Shown: positions 38,021 through 48,359, counted from the stretch's first letter. The stretch is 64,000 bases of DNA from Candidatus Poribacteria bacterium (GCA_965222225.1 CBDCTK010000002.1:1376001-1440000); one strand, 5' to 3'. Made by a program: numbers and translations. Notes: a model not told the origin generated them from the letters alone.

Positions 38021-38509
38021 ATGAACCTTCGCGCAGAGAATCTTGCCTCCCCCAAACGACGCTCGTTTTTGAAGGCTAGTCTACTTTTCATCGGCGGCCT
38101 TATCAGTGCGGTTGTCGCGGTACCGCTTTTCGGCTTCGCAATCTTGCCCGCCTTAAAGAAAGCACCCAAGAAGTACGTGGTTCTGGGAATTGTTGACCTC
38201 CTCAAGGGAAGCCAATACAAAAAAGTGAATTACACATTTCAATCTAAAGACGGATGGATACAAACCAACAAAAAGCGTTCTGTCTACGTAACCGATGCAG
38301 GAAAAGGAAACTTTGTCGTCTTTTCTAGGGTCTGTACCCACCTCAATTGCCTTGTTCGATGGGAAGAATCAAAGCGGCAGTTCCTTTGCCCGTGTCACGG
38401 TGGTGTGTTTGACGAAGAAGGGAATGTCGTGGCAGGACCGCCACCACGTTCCTTAGAAAGGTTGTCCGTTAAGGTAGAAGACGGTGTTTTATATGTTAAG
38501 GAGATTTAA
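38021..38509 (+). CDS. Rieske [2Fe-2S] subunit of a Rieske/cytochrome b complex
   Basis: Tat motif KRRSFLK plus TM helix; CTHLNC and CPCHGG; GPPPRSL. Confidence 0.92.
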   Translation: MNLRAENLASPKRRSFLKASLLFIGGLISAVVAVPLFGFAILPALKKAPKKYVVLGIVDLLKGSQYKKVNYTFQSKDGWIQTNKKRSVYVTDAGKGNFVVFSRVCTHLNCLVRWEESKRQFLCPCHGGVFDEEGNVVAGPPPRSLERLSVKVEDGVLYVKEI

Positions 38510-38512
38510 CGA

Positions 38513-39664
38513 TTGAAGGAGAGAATAGCCGAATTTTTCGCTGCGCGCATCCCGTTACGCTCAATAGAAGCACACTTCAAAAAGCCGCTACCGAAGCATA
38601 TCAACTGGCTGTTCTCACTTGGAGCTATGGCGCTGTTTTTGTTGATACTGCAAGCCGCAACCGGAGCGTTCTTGGCAATATACTATTCCCCGTCTCCGGA
38701 CCATGCCTACAACTCTCTGAACTACATCAGCAAGGAAGTTCCTTTCGGCGGCTTCGTGCGCGGGCTACACCATTGGGGTGCCAGCGCCATGGTAATCGTA
38801 GTGTTTTTGCACCTGCTGCGCGTCGTAGTTTACGACTCCTACAAATCGCCGCGTGAATTAACATGGTTTGTTGGCGTATTGCTGCTGCTGATTGTGTTGG
38901 GATTCGGATTCACCGGTTACCTCCTACCATGGGATCAGAAGGCTTACTGGGCTACTGTGGTGGGCGCAAAGATCGCAAGCACCGTACCTTTCATTGGTGA
39001 TGCTATTGGCAGAATCCTGAGAGGAGGTGAGGAGGTAGGTGCGGTAACGCTGGCTCGCTTCTATGCCATCCACACCATTTGGCTACCGTGGATTGCATTT
39101 GGACTGGTTGGTTTACATCTCTTCTTTGTACGCTATCTCGGGTCGTCCGGGCTCCCGCAAAATACATCAGAGGACATAAATGCAGGCAAGCCTTTCTACC
39201 CCGACCAACTCTTTGAAGATGGCGTGGCGATTCTCGTCTTGTTCAGCATTCTCGTGGTCATGGCGTTGTTCCTTCCAGTGCCCACTGAAGAGATTGCTAA
39301 TCCGACAGATGCCTCGTACGATCCGCGTCCGGAGTGGTATTTCCTTTTCCTGTTTCAACTGCTCAAATACTTCGAAGGACCGCTTGAAGTAATCGGGACT
39401 TTTGTAATTCCTACTGTTGCAATTCTTTTTCTCTTCTTGGTTCCTTTTCTTAGCGCAAAAGAGAGATTGCCACTTCGCAAGCGTCCCCTCGCTCTGACCA
39501 TTACCAGTATATCGGTCTTGTCACTGATTTCGCTTACAATTCTTGGAATTCGGTCGCCGAGATTGAATTCCAACTCTACCACAGTTACTGAGGCCGAACA
39601 ATCGGAAGCACCTAGCTCGGCTGACACAGAGGTATTTGATTTCGGCTTAGAAGAGGACAATTAG
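38513..39664 (+). CDS. Cytochrome b (unsplit b6 + subunit IV type)
   Basis: Four His ligands, TGYLLPWDQKAYW, PEWY motif; no CxxCH fusion. Confidence 0.92.
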   Translation: MKERIAEFFAARIPLRSIEAHFKKPLPKHINWLFSLGAMALFLLILQAATGAFLAIYYSPSPDHAYNSLNYISKEVPFGGFVRGLHHWGASAMVIVVFLHLLRVVVYDSYKSPRELTWFVGVLLLLIVLGFGFTGYLLPWDQKAYWATVVGAKIASTVPFIGDAIGRILRGGEEVGAVTLARFYAIHTIWLPWIAFGLVGLHLFFVRYLGSSGLPQNTSEDINAGKPFYPDQLFEDGVAILVLFSILVVMALFLPVPTEEIANPTDASYDPRPEWYFLFLFQLLKYFEGPLEVIGTFVIPTVAILFLFLVPFLSAKERLPLRKRPLALTITSISVLSLISLTILGIRSPRLNSNSTTVTEAEQSEAPSSADTEVFDFGLEEDN

Positions 39665-40243
39665 ATGCCACAGAATCTATTCGCTATCTCGGTCAATGCC
39701 ACCTTTTCAAGCGGAAGTCATCGTCGAGAAATAACCATCGGCTGAGCTGATTGAATAACACACACTCCGTTACCAGTCGGACTAGATATTTGTCCTTCGA
39801 TTATTACAACCACCGCCCCCTATTTTACAATTTCTAACAGCGATCGAACCCCGCTCTTAGATGACTGTTTCAGGTCTAATTATGCCACCTTTTGGGATAA
39901 TGACAATTCCGTCACGGATATAATAGTCATCCCTATCAAAGTCACTTTTCTGTTCAGTGTTCGCAATAATTGAATCTTCGCCGATGCGCGCATTCTTGTC
40001 GATGATTGCTCCTCGGATCAAGCAACCCCTCCCAAGACCAATATTCGGGATGCCGACTTTCTGATTATGTTCTTTCTGCTCGTCCGTCTCATAGAAATCT
40101 GCTCCCATCAGGATAGACTGGTAGACACGAGTTCGCCCTGAGATTACTGTGCGGATTCCAACAATTGAGCGATCAATTTCAGAATCGTCTATAATCGAGC
40201 CTTCTGAAAGGATTGAGGACCGGACGCTACTATTATTTACTTT

Positions 40244-41492
40244 GGGACTTAGTAGTTAACTGCTTTTTGGTCGATTTGCTTGCTTTTCTCTTCTTAATGT
40301 ACAATCATTTTAGACAGTGTTCGGAATCTTGATTCACACTAAAATACATCTCTATAAGAGAGAAATGGAGGCATATCATGTTGACCAAGCGTTTGTACAT
40401 GCTCGCGGGAGCATTGCGGGTTATCTGCGGGATTTTAATTTCCAACACTATGGGATTTTCAGCACACCATGATGTTGTCGTTGACAGAATATACCGATAG
40501 CCAAACAATTCATGTGGCTCAGGTGAAGCATTCATCAAAAAATCTTATGAAAATCTCATCATCTTTTCTGCGATTATATTTCCAGCAAGACTCCATGATA
40601 TACAGTGGCAGCCACTTCTTGCTGTAGTGATGATGCGTTCCGTAGAATGACCTCTTGACACAAGCCCAAAACGACTCGATGGTGTTGGTGTGAGTTACGC
40701 CGTCCTCAGAAACATATCTCTCTTGGTGATGGATAACATGTCTTTCGATATCTTCGTCCAGACTATTGTAAGAGCGAAATTCATCAGTCATAAGAATAGA
40801 CTCATCGGGTGAGACATTGCTAAGGATGAATTCTCTGATATTTTCACCAGATAGAACCTTCATGAATTTAGCAACCACCCGACCGCCTCTCTCGACTACG
40901 CCGATGACGGGAGATTTATTTGTGCCTCTACCTCTCTTAGATTTTGCTCTGGGTTTGCCGCCGACATAGGTTTCGTCCGCTTCAACTATCCCTTTCAGCA
41001 ATTCATCACTATCACTCATTTTCTCACGGAGGCGCATTGCCATATACCAAGCGGACTTTTGATTCATGTCCAAGTCACGAGCAAGCTGACAACTCGATAT
41101 GCTTTTCTTGGCATTGGAAAGAATTGAGATAGCCAAAAACCATTTCTGGAGAGGTATCTTGGTACCATGGAAGATGGTTCCTGCTGTAGCCGAAAAGCTA
41201 GATTCACAATCGTAGCAATTCCAACCAGTAGTAATGTCGTTTTTGTTCTTGCGTCCAACTTTTTCACTGCCACAGTGGATACAGCAAACACCGTCCTTCC
41301 AACGTTTTTCCTCTATAAATCTGAGACAAGATTCTTGATTTGGAAACTCTTTCATAAGATTCAAAATGTCCATAGCAAACTCCTACGAGAAGAATAGTCA
41401 CTATGGACATCTACGTGTGACGAAAAGATTTACGACAGGGTACCAAGTTTTATGTTTGTCGTCAGTCTAAAAGCTACAAGCTACTAATTCCG
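40244..41492 (-). mobile_element. IS1595-family insertion sequence, copy 3 (1249 bp)
   Basis: TSD TTTACTTT at 40236-40243 and 41493-41500. Confidence 0.95.
40519..41373 (-). CDS. IS1595-family DDE transposase
   Basis: Protein identical to the other two copies. Confidence 0.95.
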   Translation of the reverse strand: MDILNLMKEFPNQESCLRFIEEKRWKDGVCCIHCGSEKVGRKNKNDITTGWNCYDCESSFSATAGTIFHGTKIPLQKWFLAISILSNAKKSISSCQLARDLDMNQKSAWYMAMRLREKMSDSDELLKGIVEADETYVGGKPRAKSKRGRGTNKSPVIGVVERGGRVVAKFMKVLSGENIREFILSNVSPDESILMTDEFRSYNSLDEDIERHVIHHQERYVSEDGVTHTNTIESFWACVKRSFYGTHHHYSKKWLPLYIMESCWKYNRRKDDEIFIRFFDECFT

Positions 41493-42541
41493 TTTACTTT
41501 TGTGCTTGGAAGATGACGACGGTGAGTGTATATCGGCGTACGTTCGTCGTAAAAGTTAAACCTCGGCGAAACATCTGCGAGTCCTATATTTGCCTGATAG
41601 AAAGCCTGAATGGTCCCGATGTCCTCCCAATAACCGTCGAAGAAGTAGGCGAACACGCGGTGCGTATGGATGCAGTTCGGAATAATATCCACGCCAAAAT
41701 CGACGTGCGATTCATTCGAAAGCGCTTGCTCCAAGAGTGCCCGATTGAAGATGTAGATGCCCATTGAAGCAATGTGCTGTCTGCCGCACGGATCGATGTC
41801 TCTTGAAATGAAAGTGTTTTCTGGAACTGCTAACCGCTGGAGTTCTTCCTCAGTCTGCGGCTTTTCCACAAAATCGGTGACTCGTCCGTCATTATCGGTT
41901 TGCAAAATACCGAAACCGCTGGTATTTTCCTTATAGACTGGAATAACGGAGATTGTGATATCCGCCTTCGATTCGACATGAACGTCTAACATTTTGCGGT
42001 AGTCCATTCGGTAAAGATGGTCGCCGGCTAGGATAAGTACATATTCGTCCGTGAATCTTGGGCTAATGATGTACGATTCGTTTTGTCGAACTGCATCCGC
42101 CGTGCCCTGATACCACGCCTCACCTTCAACCGTTTGTTGGGCAGCCAATACCTGTACAAATCCGCGACGATAAGAATCAAATCGGTAGGTTTGGGCAATA
42201 TGACGATTCAACGAAACCGAATTAAACTGAGTAAGAATGAAAATCCGCTCCATTCCAGAAACTAGGCAATTGCTGACTGGAATATCTACAAGTCTGAATT
42301 TGCCCGCGATTGGCACACTCGGTTTGGCTCGCTCCCTCGTCAGAGGAAATAGTCGTGTTCCTCTACCGCCGCCTAGAATGACTGCAATTACCTTATCTTC
42401 GTTCATTTACTATGCCGTTTTCCCGTTGAGCGCCGGTGTGCAGAGATCTCTTGTCCATGGCTTGAGAACCGTGCGTTTGCCGCAAACTCAGTCATTGAGC
42501 CCCTCCCACTCCTAGATAGAAATTAATTTCTCCTTCATTCT

Positions 42542-43129
42542 CTACAGCGTCCCTTTCGTCGAGAGTACCCCGCTCACACGAGTATCCATAATTGTAGCGA
42601 GATCGAGCGCCTTTGCAAATGCCTTGAAGATCGCTTCGATAATATGGTGATGGTTCGTTCCGTAAGGAACATTGATGTGAAGCGTTGTTCCGCTGTGATT
42701 GACGAATCCGTGGAAAAATTCTTCTACCAGTTCAACATCGAAATCACCCACTTTGGCGTGACGAAGTGGGGTATCGTGACGAAAAAATGGGCGTCCGCAT
42801 AGGTCTAAACTGATATGCGCAAGCGCTTCATACATTGGCACGGAAGAATTCCCGAAGCGACACATACCAGCTTTATCGCCCACGGCTCGGTTAAATGCTT
42901 CTCCCAAACAGATGCCCACATCCTCCACAGTGTGATGGGCATCCACGTGGAGATCACCAGTGGCATTCACCGTAAGATCGAAAAAGCCGTGTTTGGCAAA
43001 GAGTTCAAGCATGTGGTCCAAGAAGCCTACCCCAGTCTCGATTTGGGATTTGCCGGTGCCATCAACGTTCAACTTCAGTTCGATTTGTGTCTCCCGCGTT
43101 TTACGCGAGATTTCAACTTCCCGTTTCAC
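42542..43129 (-). CDS. hisB: Imidazoleglycerol-phosphate dehydratase
   Basis: RKTRETQI, FLDHML, DAHHTVED, NHHHIIEA, STKGTL; GGAGG SD. Confidence 0.97.
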   Translation of the reverse strand: MKREVEISRKTRETQIELKLNVDGTGKSQIETGVGFLDHMLELFAKHGFFDLTVNATGDLHVDAHHTVEDVGICLGEAFNRAVGDKAGMCRFGNSSVPMYEALAHISLDLCGRPFFRHDTPLRHAKVGDFDVELVEEFFHGFVNHSGTTLHINVPYGTNHHHIIEAIFKAFAKALDLATIMDTRVSGVLSTKGTL

Positions 43130-43251
43130 AATAGGTCCTCCTTGCAGTTATAATCGAAATCGGACGTTTCCTCCTTGGAAGTAAGTGCAGCACAAGGGCA
43201 CAGCGCATTCAAGTCCAAATCACCGCTAGAATTGCGGCTAGGATTGGAATA

Positions 43252-43288
43252 TGATATACTTCAATTGTTGTCAATTGACAACAATTGA
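43252..43288 (+). promoter_or_regulatory. Extended -10 (TGATATACT) immediately followed by a perfect 28-bp palindrome
   Basis: TCAATTGTTGTCAATTGACAACAATTGA at 43261-43288 equals its own reverse complement. Confidence 0.65.
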
Positions 43289-43396
43289 CTGCAACAGTTC
43301 TGTTAGTGGTCTTCAATGAATCTAACGCACATCTCATGACTCCAGCAGATACCTCATACACCATAAATCGACACAAATAACGGGGAAATAGGACCA

Positions 43397-44818
43397 ATGG
43401 AATACTCGCGAACTTTGACGAGGCGGATTGCTTGGACGTTAATAACGGTCTGGTTGAGCATTGATGTGACAGCCGCGGTAGAGGTCTCCGCACAAGCTCG
43501 GAGGATTCGACGTCAGCGAGTAGTAATGCCTCAACAGCGCCAAGAAAAAGTCAATACAGATACAACGATAGATTTGAAAACAAATATCCTTGAGATTGCT
43601 CAGCGAGTGAGCGATCAATCCCAGAATTCGATGGTAGATTTTCTGTTCGTCATTGATGGCAGCCGGGGTATGATGGACGGAATCTCTGTAATTCAAAAAA
43701 CTCTCATTGGCATGGCTAACGTATTTGAGGAAGAGTTGATTAACTATCAATTCGCCCAAGTCTCGTTCGAGAAAGTCGCCGGCGTACCAAAAACCAGCAT
43801 TCAATCATTCGAGAACGATCTGGTTGCCAGTCAAGCGTGGTTTCGTGAATTGCAAATGTCGCGGGGTGCCGAGACCGGTTATGGACTTGATGCAATTCTA
43901 CAATCGATAAGGGAGACCAACTTTCGACCGGAAGCGTTGAAACATTTACTGGTTGTAACCAATTCACATTTGCAGACCGCCTGGACCGCAGAAAAGGCGA
44001 ATGACAAAGTCGTGAAGGAAATTGTAAACCTGTGCAAACAGGACAATATACATGTCAACATCATCGGGGTGAGCGAAAGCGCACAGATACAGTTGACAGC
44101 TAAGACGGGCGGCAAATTTTACGCTATCTCTGGCAGTGGTCAGAAGGGCGTAAAATTTGTTAACTCAGGTGACCTAGACAAGTCGATTCTCAAAATTGAA
44201 GGTGTTTTCAAGCTTACTGCCCAGCATATTTCCGCGACAGTAAAGCAACCAGCCGACATTGTTTTTATGTTTGACTCAAGTTTAAGTATGGCGGCTAAAG
44301 CTAACAAAATCAAAACAGACAGAATTTGTGCCGGCATTGATGAAATGGCGAACATCTTGAAATCAGCGGGAATCAATTACCGATTTGGCGCTATCCGTTT
44401 TTGGTCAGCAATCGGTAGCGGCGAAAGCGTCGTAGTGCTTACCAAACCGCCATTGAACACCGATCAAGTTAAGCGCCTTTATCGCGCGCCTAAGCAAGGC
44501 GACAAACATCTCCTCGGGGCAGTGATAAAGGGTGTGCCCAAAATCAAAACCCCTACAGATCGCCAGCTTGTCCTCGTGATTGTTACAGATGGCTCGACTG
44601 GGCACCGCGCGGAAAAAGGGTATACCGTCAATCAAGCCATCGGCGTTTGTCGGAGGGCTGGCGCGCAAGTGAATGTCATCGGAGAATCTTCAATGAGTAT
44701 TCATTCCTATAAGGGGCGCTTTGGCGGCCGCGCTACATCCCCTTCGGTTGTTTTTCAGAAACGGGTTGCTGAAATAACAAACGGCGTACATTACGTTATG
44801 CCCAGAGCCTCTAACTAG
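43397..44818 (+). CDS. Exported protein with two tandem vWA domains
   Basis: Signal-like N-terminus; DFLFVIDGSRGM and DIVFMFDSSLSM; VVTNS and IVTDG. Confidence 0.8.
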   Translation: MEYSRTLTRRIAWTLITVWLSIDVTAAVEVSAQARRIRRQRVVMPQQRQEKVNTDTTIDLKTNILEIAQRVSDQSQNSMVDFLFVIDGSRGMMDGISVIQKTLIGMANVFEEELINYQFAQVSFEKVAGVPKTSIQSFENDLVASQAWFRELQMSRGAETGYGLDAILQSIRETNFRPEALKHLLVVTNSHLQTAWTAEKANDKVVKEIVNLCKQDNIHVNIIGVSESAQIQLTAKTGGKFYAISGSGQKGVKFVNSGDLDKSILKIEGVFKLTAQHISATVKQPADIVFMFDSSLSMAAKANKIKTDRICAGIDEMANILKSAGINYRFGAIRFWSAIGSGESVVVLTKPPLNTDQVKRLYRAPKQGDKHLLGAVIKGVPKIKTPTDRQLVLVIVTDGSTGHRAEKGYTVNQAIGVCRRAGAQVNVIGESSMSIHSYKGRFGGRATSPSVVFQKRVAEITNGVHYVMPRASN

Positions 44819-45513
44819 TTCCTCAAACTGGCAGACGTTAGTTTGTAATTCTAGGCTCTGCTCAGCAATCTCTTGCTTGCCTGGTATCTCCAATCGTCCT
44901 CCGTGATTGTTGTCATAAATTCAAGCGTGACGAGGCCGGCACTCAGTGAATTAAATCCGATAGCGAATGCCATTGCGGGGTAAACCAAAATCTGAAAACC
45001 ACTCTGCACTTCTCGCCTCCTACCGAAACCGGCAACCTGATTTGTTATCTGCTCCAGTTTCACGATTTATGCCTTCCCCGACTGCAGGATTGCCTAATCT
45101 CTCGACTAATTTACGCCGTAAGCCGATTGGCCTCCTCAGGAAACGGATGTGAGGTTGGCTTTGAATCCGTATCGCTTGAATCCAGCCTACGCAACGGCAG
45201 CGTTCAGTGGATTCTAGGTTGGACATACTTATCCCGCCCAACTTTCCTACCTGCGTCACGTTTCCCCGAGTCGTTCCAATCTTTCAGGTCATTCGTTCGC
45301 ACAGTCCCCAGAATGAATGCGATCGACATAGGAATAGTATCTGCCGAATTTCTTCCCTAACCGTCCTTCTTTACTGACGAGTTAGCCTATCGGCGCTTTT
45401 GCGAATGGCTGCCCCTCGCACCAAGCAGGGCAGGAAATCAATCAGTTTGGATTTGGTATTCCAGACCTAGCGGAGAAGTTCCGATGGAATGAGAAAGCCT
45501 GAAACCAAAAACC

Positions 45514-46470
45514 TCAATTTTCTAGGTCTTCCTCGATCTTTCTTGCGTACATCGCGATGAGCGCAAAGCAAGTTGTTTGTAGGTTTGCCACTGGTTCTTG
45601 CAATTCAATGGGAGTATCACTGATAAAGCCGCCATCTTCCTGTTGGACGGTTGTCAGATATCCGAGTGTAACACGATCTGAATTCAGCGGATCTCTTCCG
45701 GCGGCTAACGCCATCACGGCATAGGCTGAAATCTCGGGATCGCTCTTCTCTCCTTTCGTCCTGCCGAAACCGCCATCCTCATTTTGCATTTGTTTCAGCC
45801 ATACTATTTGAGCATCAATGTCATAGACTGCCGCCAACCCTTGCAATACCCAAGATGTGACAAGTACATCCGAGCGGCTACCGCGTTTCAACGACCAGCC
45901 GCCATCCACATTGATTTCCTCGGCGAGCCAATCAGCGCCTCTTGAGACGGGCGAAAAGCTTGCTTTGAAATCCATCCGTTTTAGCCCAGCTAATACGGCG
46001 GCGGTGTTCAGTGGATTGCCAGGTTTATGCATTTCTCTCGCCCAACTACCATTCTCGTTCTGTGCGTCCCTGATCCATTTCAATCCTGCGAATCTTGTCT
46101 CTGAATCATCCGTCTTAGCTTGAGCAAGCGTGACTAGTGCAAAGATTGTATGCGCTGTATTACCATTCCAACTCCCATCTTGCTTTTGTTGGCGCGTCAG
46201 ATACCTCACACCCCGACGAATAACGGTTGAGCCTGTGCCCCAGCCCTTGAACATTAGCGCTTGCATAGCGAAAGAGGTGACTTCAACATCGCTTTCTACT
46301 CCCGGTACGAGAGGCCAGCCGCCATCTTCGTTTTGAGCGGAATGGATGTATGATTCGGCGCGTTCAATGGTCTCGAATAGAGTCGAACCAACCAGACGCT
46401 CTCCAGGGGAAAGGATTAGACAAATAAGCAATATCCCCAACAATAGAAACCTAGATTGATACCTTCGCAT
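45514..46470 (-). CDS. Secreted prenyltransferase/squalene-oxidase-repeat (alpha/alpha barrel) protein
   Basis: QNEDGGW, QKQDGSW, QNENGSW, NVDGGW, QNEDGGF, QQEDGGF repeats; signal peptide; no DxDD. Confidence 0.8.
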   Translation of the reverse strand: MRRYQSRFLLLGILLICLILSPGERLVGSTLFETIERAESYIHSAQNEDGGWPLVPGVESDVEVTSFAMQALMFKGWGTGSTVIRRGVRYLTRQQKQDGSWNGNTAHTIFALVTLAQAKTDDSETRFAGLKWIRDAQNENGSWAREMHKPGNPLNTAAVLAGLKRMDFKASFSPVSRGADWLAEEINVDGGWSLKRGSRSDVLVTSWVLQGLAAVYDIDAQIVWLKQMQNEDGGFGRTKGEKSDPEISAYAVMALAAGRDPLNSDRVTLGYLTTVQQEDGGFISDTPIELQEPVANLQTTCFALIAMYARKIEEDLEN

Positions 46471-46535
46471 GCTATCTTCTCCTTAAATTTGGGACAATCT
46501 TTCCTTGCCAAGTCGGAGGTCACGGATTTATGCTT

Positions 46536-47153
46536 TCACGGCTTAAGTTGCTGATCTACCAGACCAAAGACCGTTTCTAGAACATCCCTATCGAACTTCC
46601 CCAATGGATGAATCAACCGTATTCTGCCCAAGCGGTCTATGAAAACCATTGTACACCCTTCGGAGGAAATGCAGTATTGCCTTGTCACTTTTCCATTCCA
46701 GTCGAGAAGAATGCTCGCAAATAGGGTATTATCACCAGCTTCACGAAGTTTCGCCTTAATCTTTCCCTTCATATACCATCGCGCAAGAAGAGGTAAGTTT
46801 GAGGCGTTGAGGATGGGGAGGATATACGAGTCACCTGCATACCGTTTCCTGAAGAGTGTAAACCATTCCTCGCTTTGAATATTACCTTTCCTGTCACACC
46901 CCAAGAGTATTACATTTTGTTCCCTAAATTGGTTTAACCGAAATTTGACATCGTACTGATTCTGAAGCGTAAAGTCGGGAGCGATTGAACCAAGAGAAGA
47001 AGTGACGAGTGAAGGCTTTCTACAGGCAGGAAAGATGAAACAACCGACTATTAGCAGATATACGACATGTGGGCGGTAAGTAATGGATAACAGGCAATAA
47101 AATAACTGGCATTCTGAGAGCACATTACTTTTGGTTTGTTTCATCGCAAGCAA
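46536..47153 (-). CDS. Thioredoxin-fold (AhpC/TSA-like) membrane or lipoprotein lacking CxxC
   Basis: GSIAPDFTLQNQ, ILLDWNG, FIDRLGRI; possible lipobox FPAC; start uncertain. Confidence 0.6.
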   Translation of the reverse strand: MLAMKQTKSNVLSECQLFYCLLSITYRPHVVYLLIVGCFIFPACRKPSLVTSSLGSIAPDFTLQNQYDVKFRLNQFREQNVILLGCDRKGNIQSEEWFTLFRKRYAGDSYILPILNASNLPLLARWYMKGKIKAKLREAGDNTLFASILLDWNGKVTRQYCISSEGCTMVFIDRLGRIRLIHPLGKFDRDVLETVFGLVDQQLKP

Positions 47154-47158
47154 GTGCT

Positions 47159-48337
47159 TTAGTGAGACCAGATTGGTACCAAGACTTTCGTCAACTTCAC
47201 AAGACTTTCCAGATTATGAGCGGGTAGAAAATAATCAACATACGGCAAAGCGGTACGGATCCCTCGGCAAACGGGTTGATATCCGCTGCTACCAAGTAAC
47301 GGGTTGAGCCATATTAGCTTGTATGCGTGTCGATTCAGCATTTCCATTGATTGCTGTAACACATCTGCATCACCTTGATCCCAGCCATCACTGATTAGGA
47401 TGACAATGGATCGATTGGCTGTGAAGGAGCGCGCAAATTCGCGGTAAAAACCAATAATACTTTCTCCTATTTTCGTTCCACCCGACCAATCGGGCACTAC
47501 CTCTGCCATTTCACGGAGCCCTTCTTCGACGCCCTTGCGACGTAGGAGTCCGGTAATGTTCGTCAAACGTGTGCTAAACACCGCAACTTCAATCTCTTTA
47601 ATCTCCTGTTGCATACCATAGATGAATTGAATTAGGAATTTCGAGTAACAATCCATCGATCCGCTGACATCGCAGAGTAAGAGAATTTTGTTTTTCTTAA
47701 TCTTGCTACGCTTGTGAACGAGGGTTAGCAGTTCACCGCCGTAAGCGATATTTTTGCGCCAGCTTCGTCTGAAGTCAATAGTTTTCCCCTTGACTGCCAG
47801 TTCCTTGCGCCGACTTAATCTTGTGGCAAGCAACGCCGCAAATTTTGCAATCGCTTCGCGTGCTTTTTCAATTTCCTCCGGCGACAGCTTGCTGAAATCC
47901 TTCTGCGTGAGGACATCATCGGGGCTATAGGCAATTGTGTCGCCAGCTTCCTGCTCTTCGTTTTCCGCGCTGTTCAATTCCGACCACTCATTTACAGAAA
48001 AATCTCCACCGTCGTCCTGCACCATGTCAGCAAGTTCTTGAAGTGAGGATTCATCAGTTGATAGAGCATCATCATTGTCATCAATCCCTAACGGCTGAGG
48101 AGTCGGGCGAGGGTATTTCCAGAACAGGTTAAACGCTAAATCGAAAGTTTCACGATCGGACTCATTTGCTATCAGGTTTGTTCTGGCTGTATGATAAAAC
48201 TCGTCACGTTGTGCAATGTCGATGAGTTCCAAACTGCGGCAGAAACTAATCTGATTCGTCGTTGTAACGTTGATATCCATCTGTTTGAGCAGGTGGCAGA
48301 AGGCAGTGATTTCTCGAGAAAGTGTTCGTTGTCTCAT
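47159..48337 (-). CDS. CoxE-like vWA domain protein
   Basis: LLCDVSGSM, FSTRLT, WSGGTKIG, ISDGWD, WLNPL; follows a MoxR ATPase. Confidence 0.88.
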   Translation of the reverse strand: MRQRTLSREITAFCHLLKQMDINVTTTNQISFCRSLELIDIAQRDEFYHTARTNLIANESDRETFDLAFNLFWKYPRPTPQPLGIDDNDDALSTDESSLQELADMVQDDGGDFSVNEWSELNSAENEEQEAGDTIAYSPDDVLTQKDFSKLSPEEIEKAREAIAKFAALLATRLSRRKELAVKGKTIDFRRSWRKNIAYGGELLTLVHKRSKIKKNKILLLCDVSGSMDCYSKFLIQFIYGMQQEIKEIEVAVFSTRLTNITGLLRRKGVEEGLREMAEVVPDWSGGTKIGESIIGFYREFARSFTANRSIVILISDGWDQGDADVLQQSMEMLNRHAYKLIWLNPLLGSSGYQPVCRGIRTALPYVDYFLPAHNLESLVKLTKVLVPIWSH

Positions 48338-48359
48338 GGAATTACCCTTGCGAAGAGAG

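Larger units (their letters stand above)
39857..42406 (-). pseudogene. glgC: Glucose-1-phosphate adenylyltransferase interrupted by IS1595
   Basis: GGGRGTRLFPLT, WYQGTADAV, FVEKP, YWEDIGT; removing the IS and one TSD restores LPSTKVNNSSVRSSILSEG...MGADFYE in frame. Confidence 0.93.

Noticed and set aside
26621-41492. Composite transposon formed by IS copies 2 and 3
   Set aside because: Each copy has its own matching TSD and interrupts native sequence, so they are independent insertions
44851-45480. Short overlapping ORFs in the 0.7-kb gap between convergent genes
   Set aside because: No coherent frame or motif; possibly eroded gene debris
45514-46470. Squalene-hopene cyclase call
   Set aside because: Half the expected length, has a signal peptide and lacks DxDD
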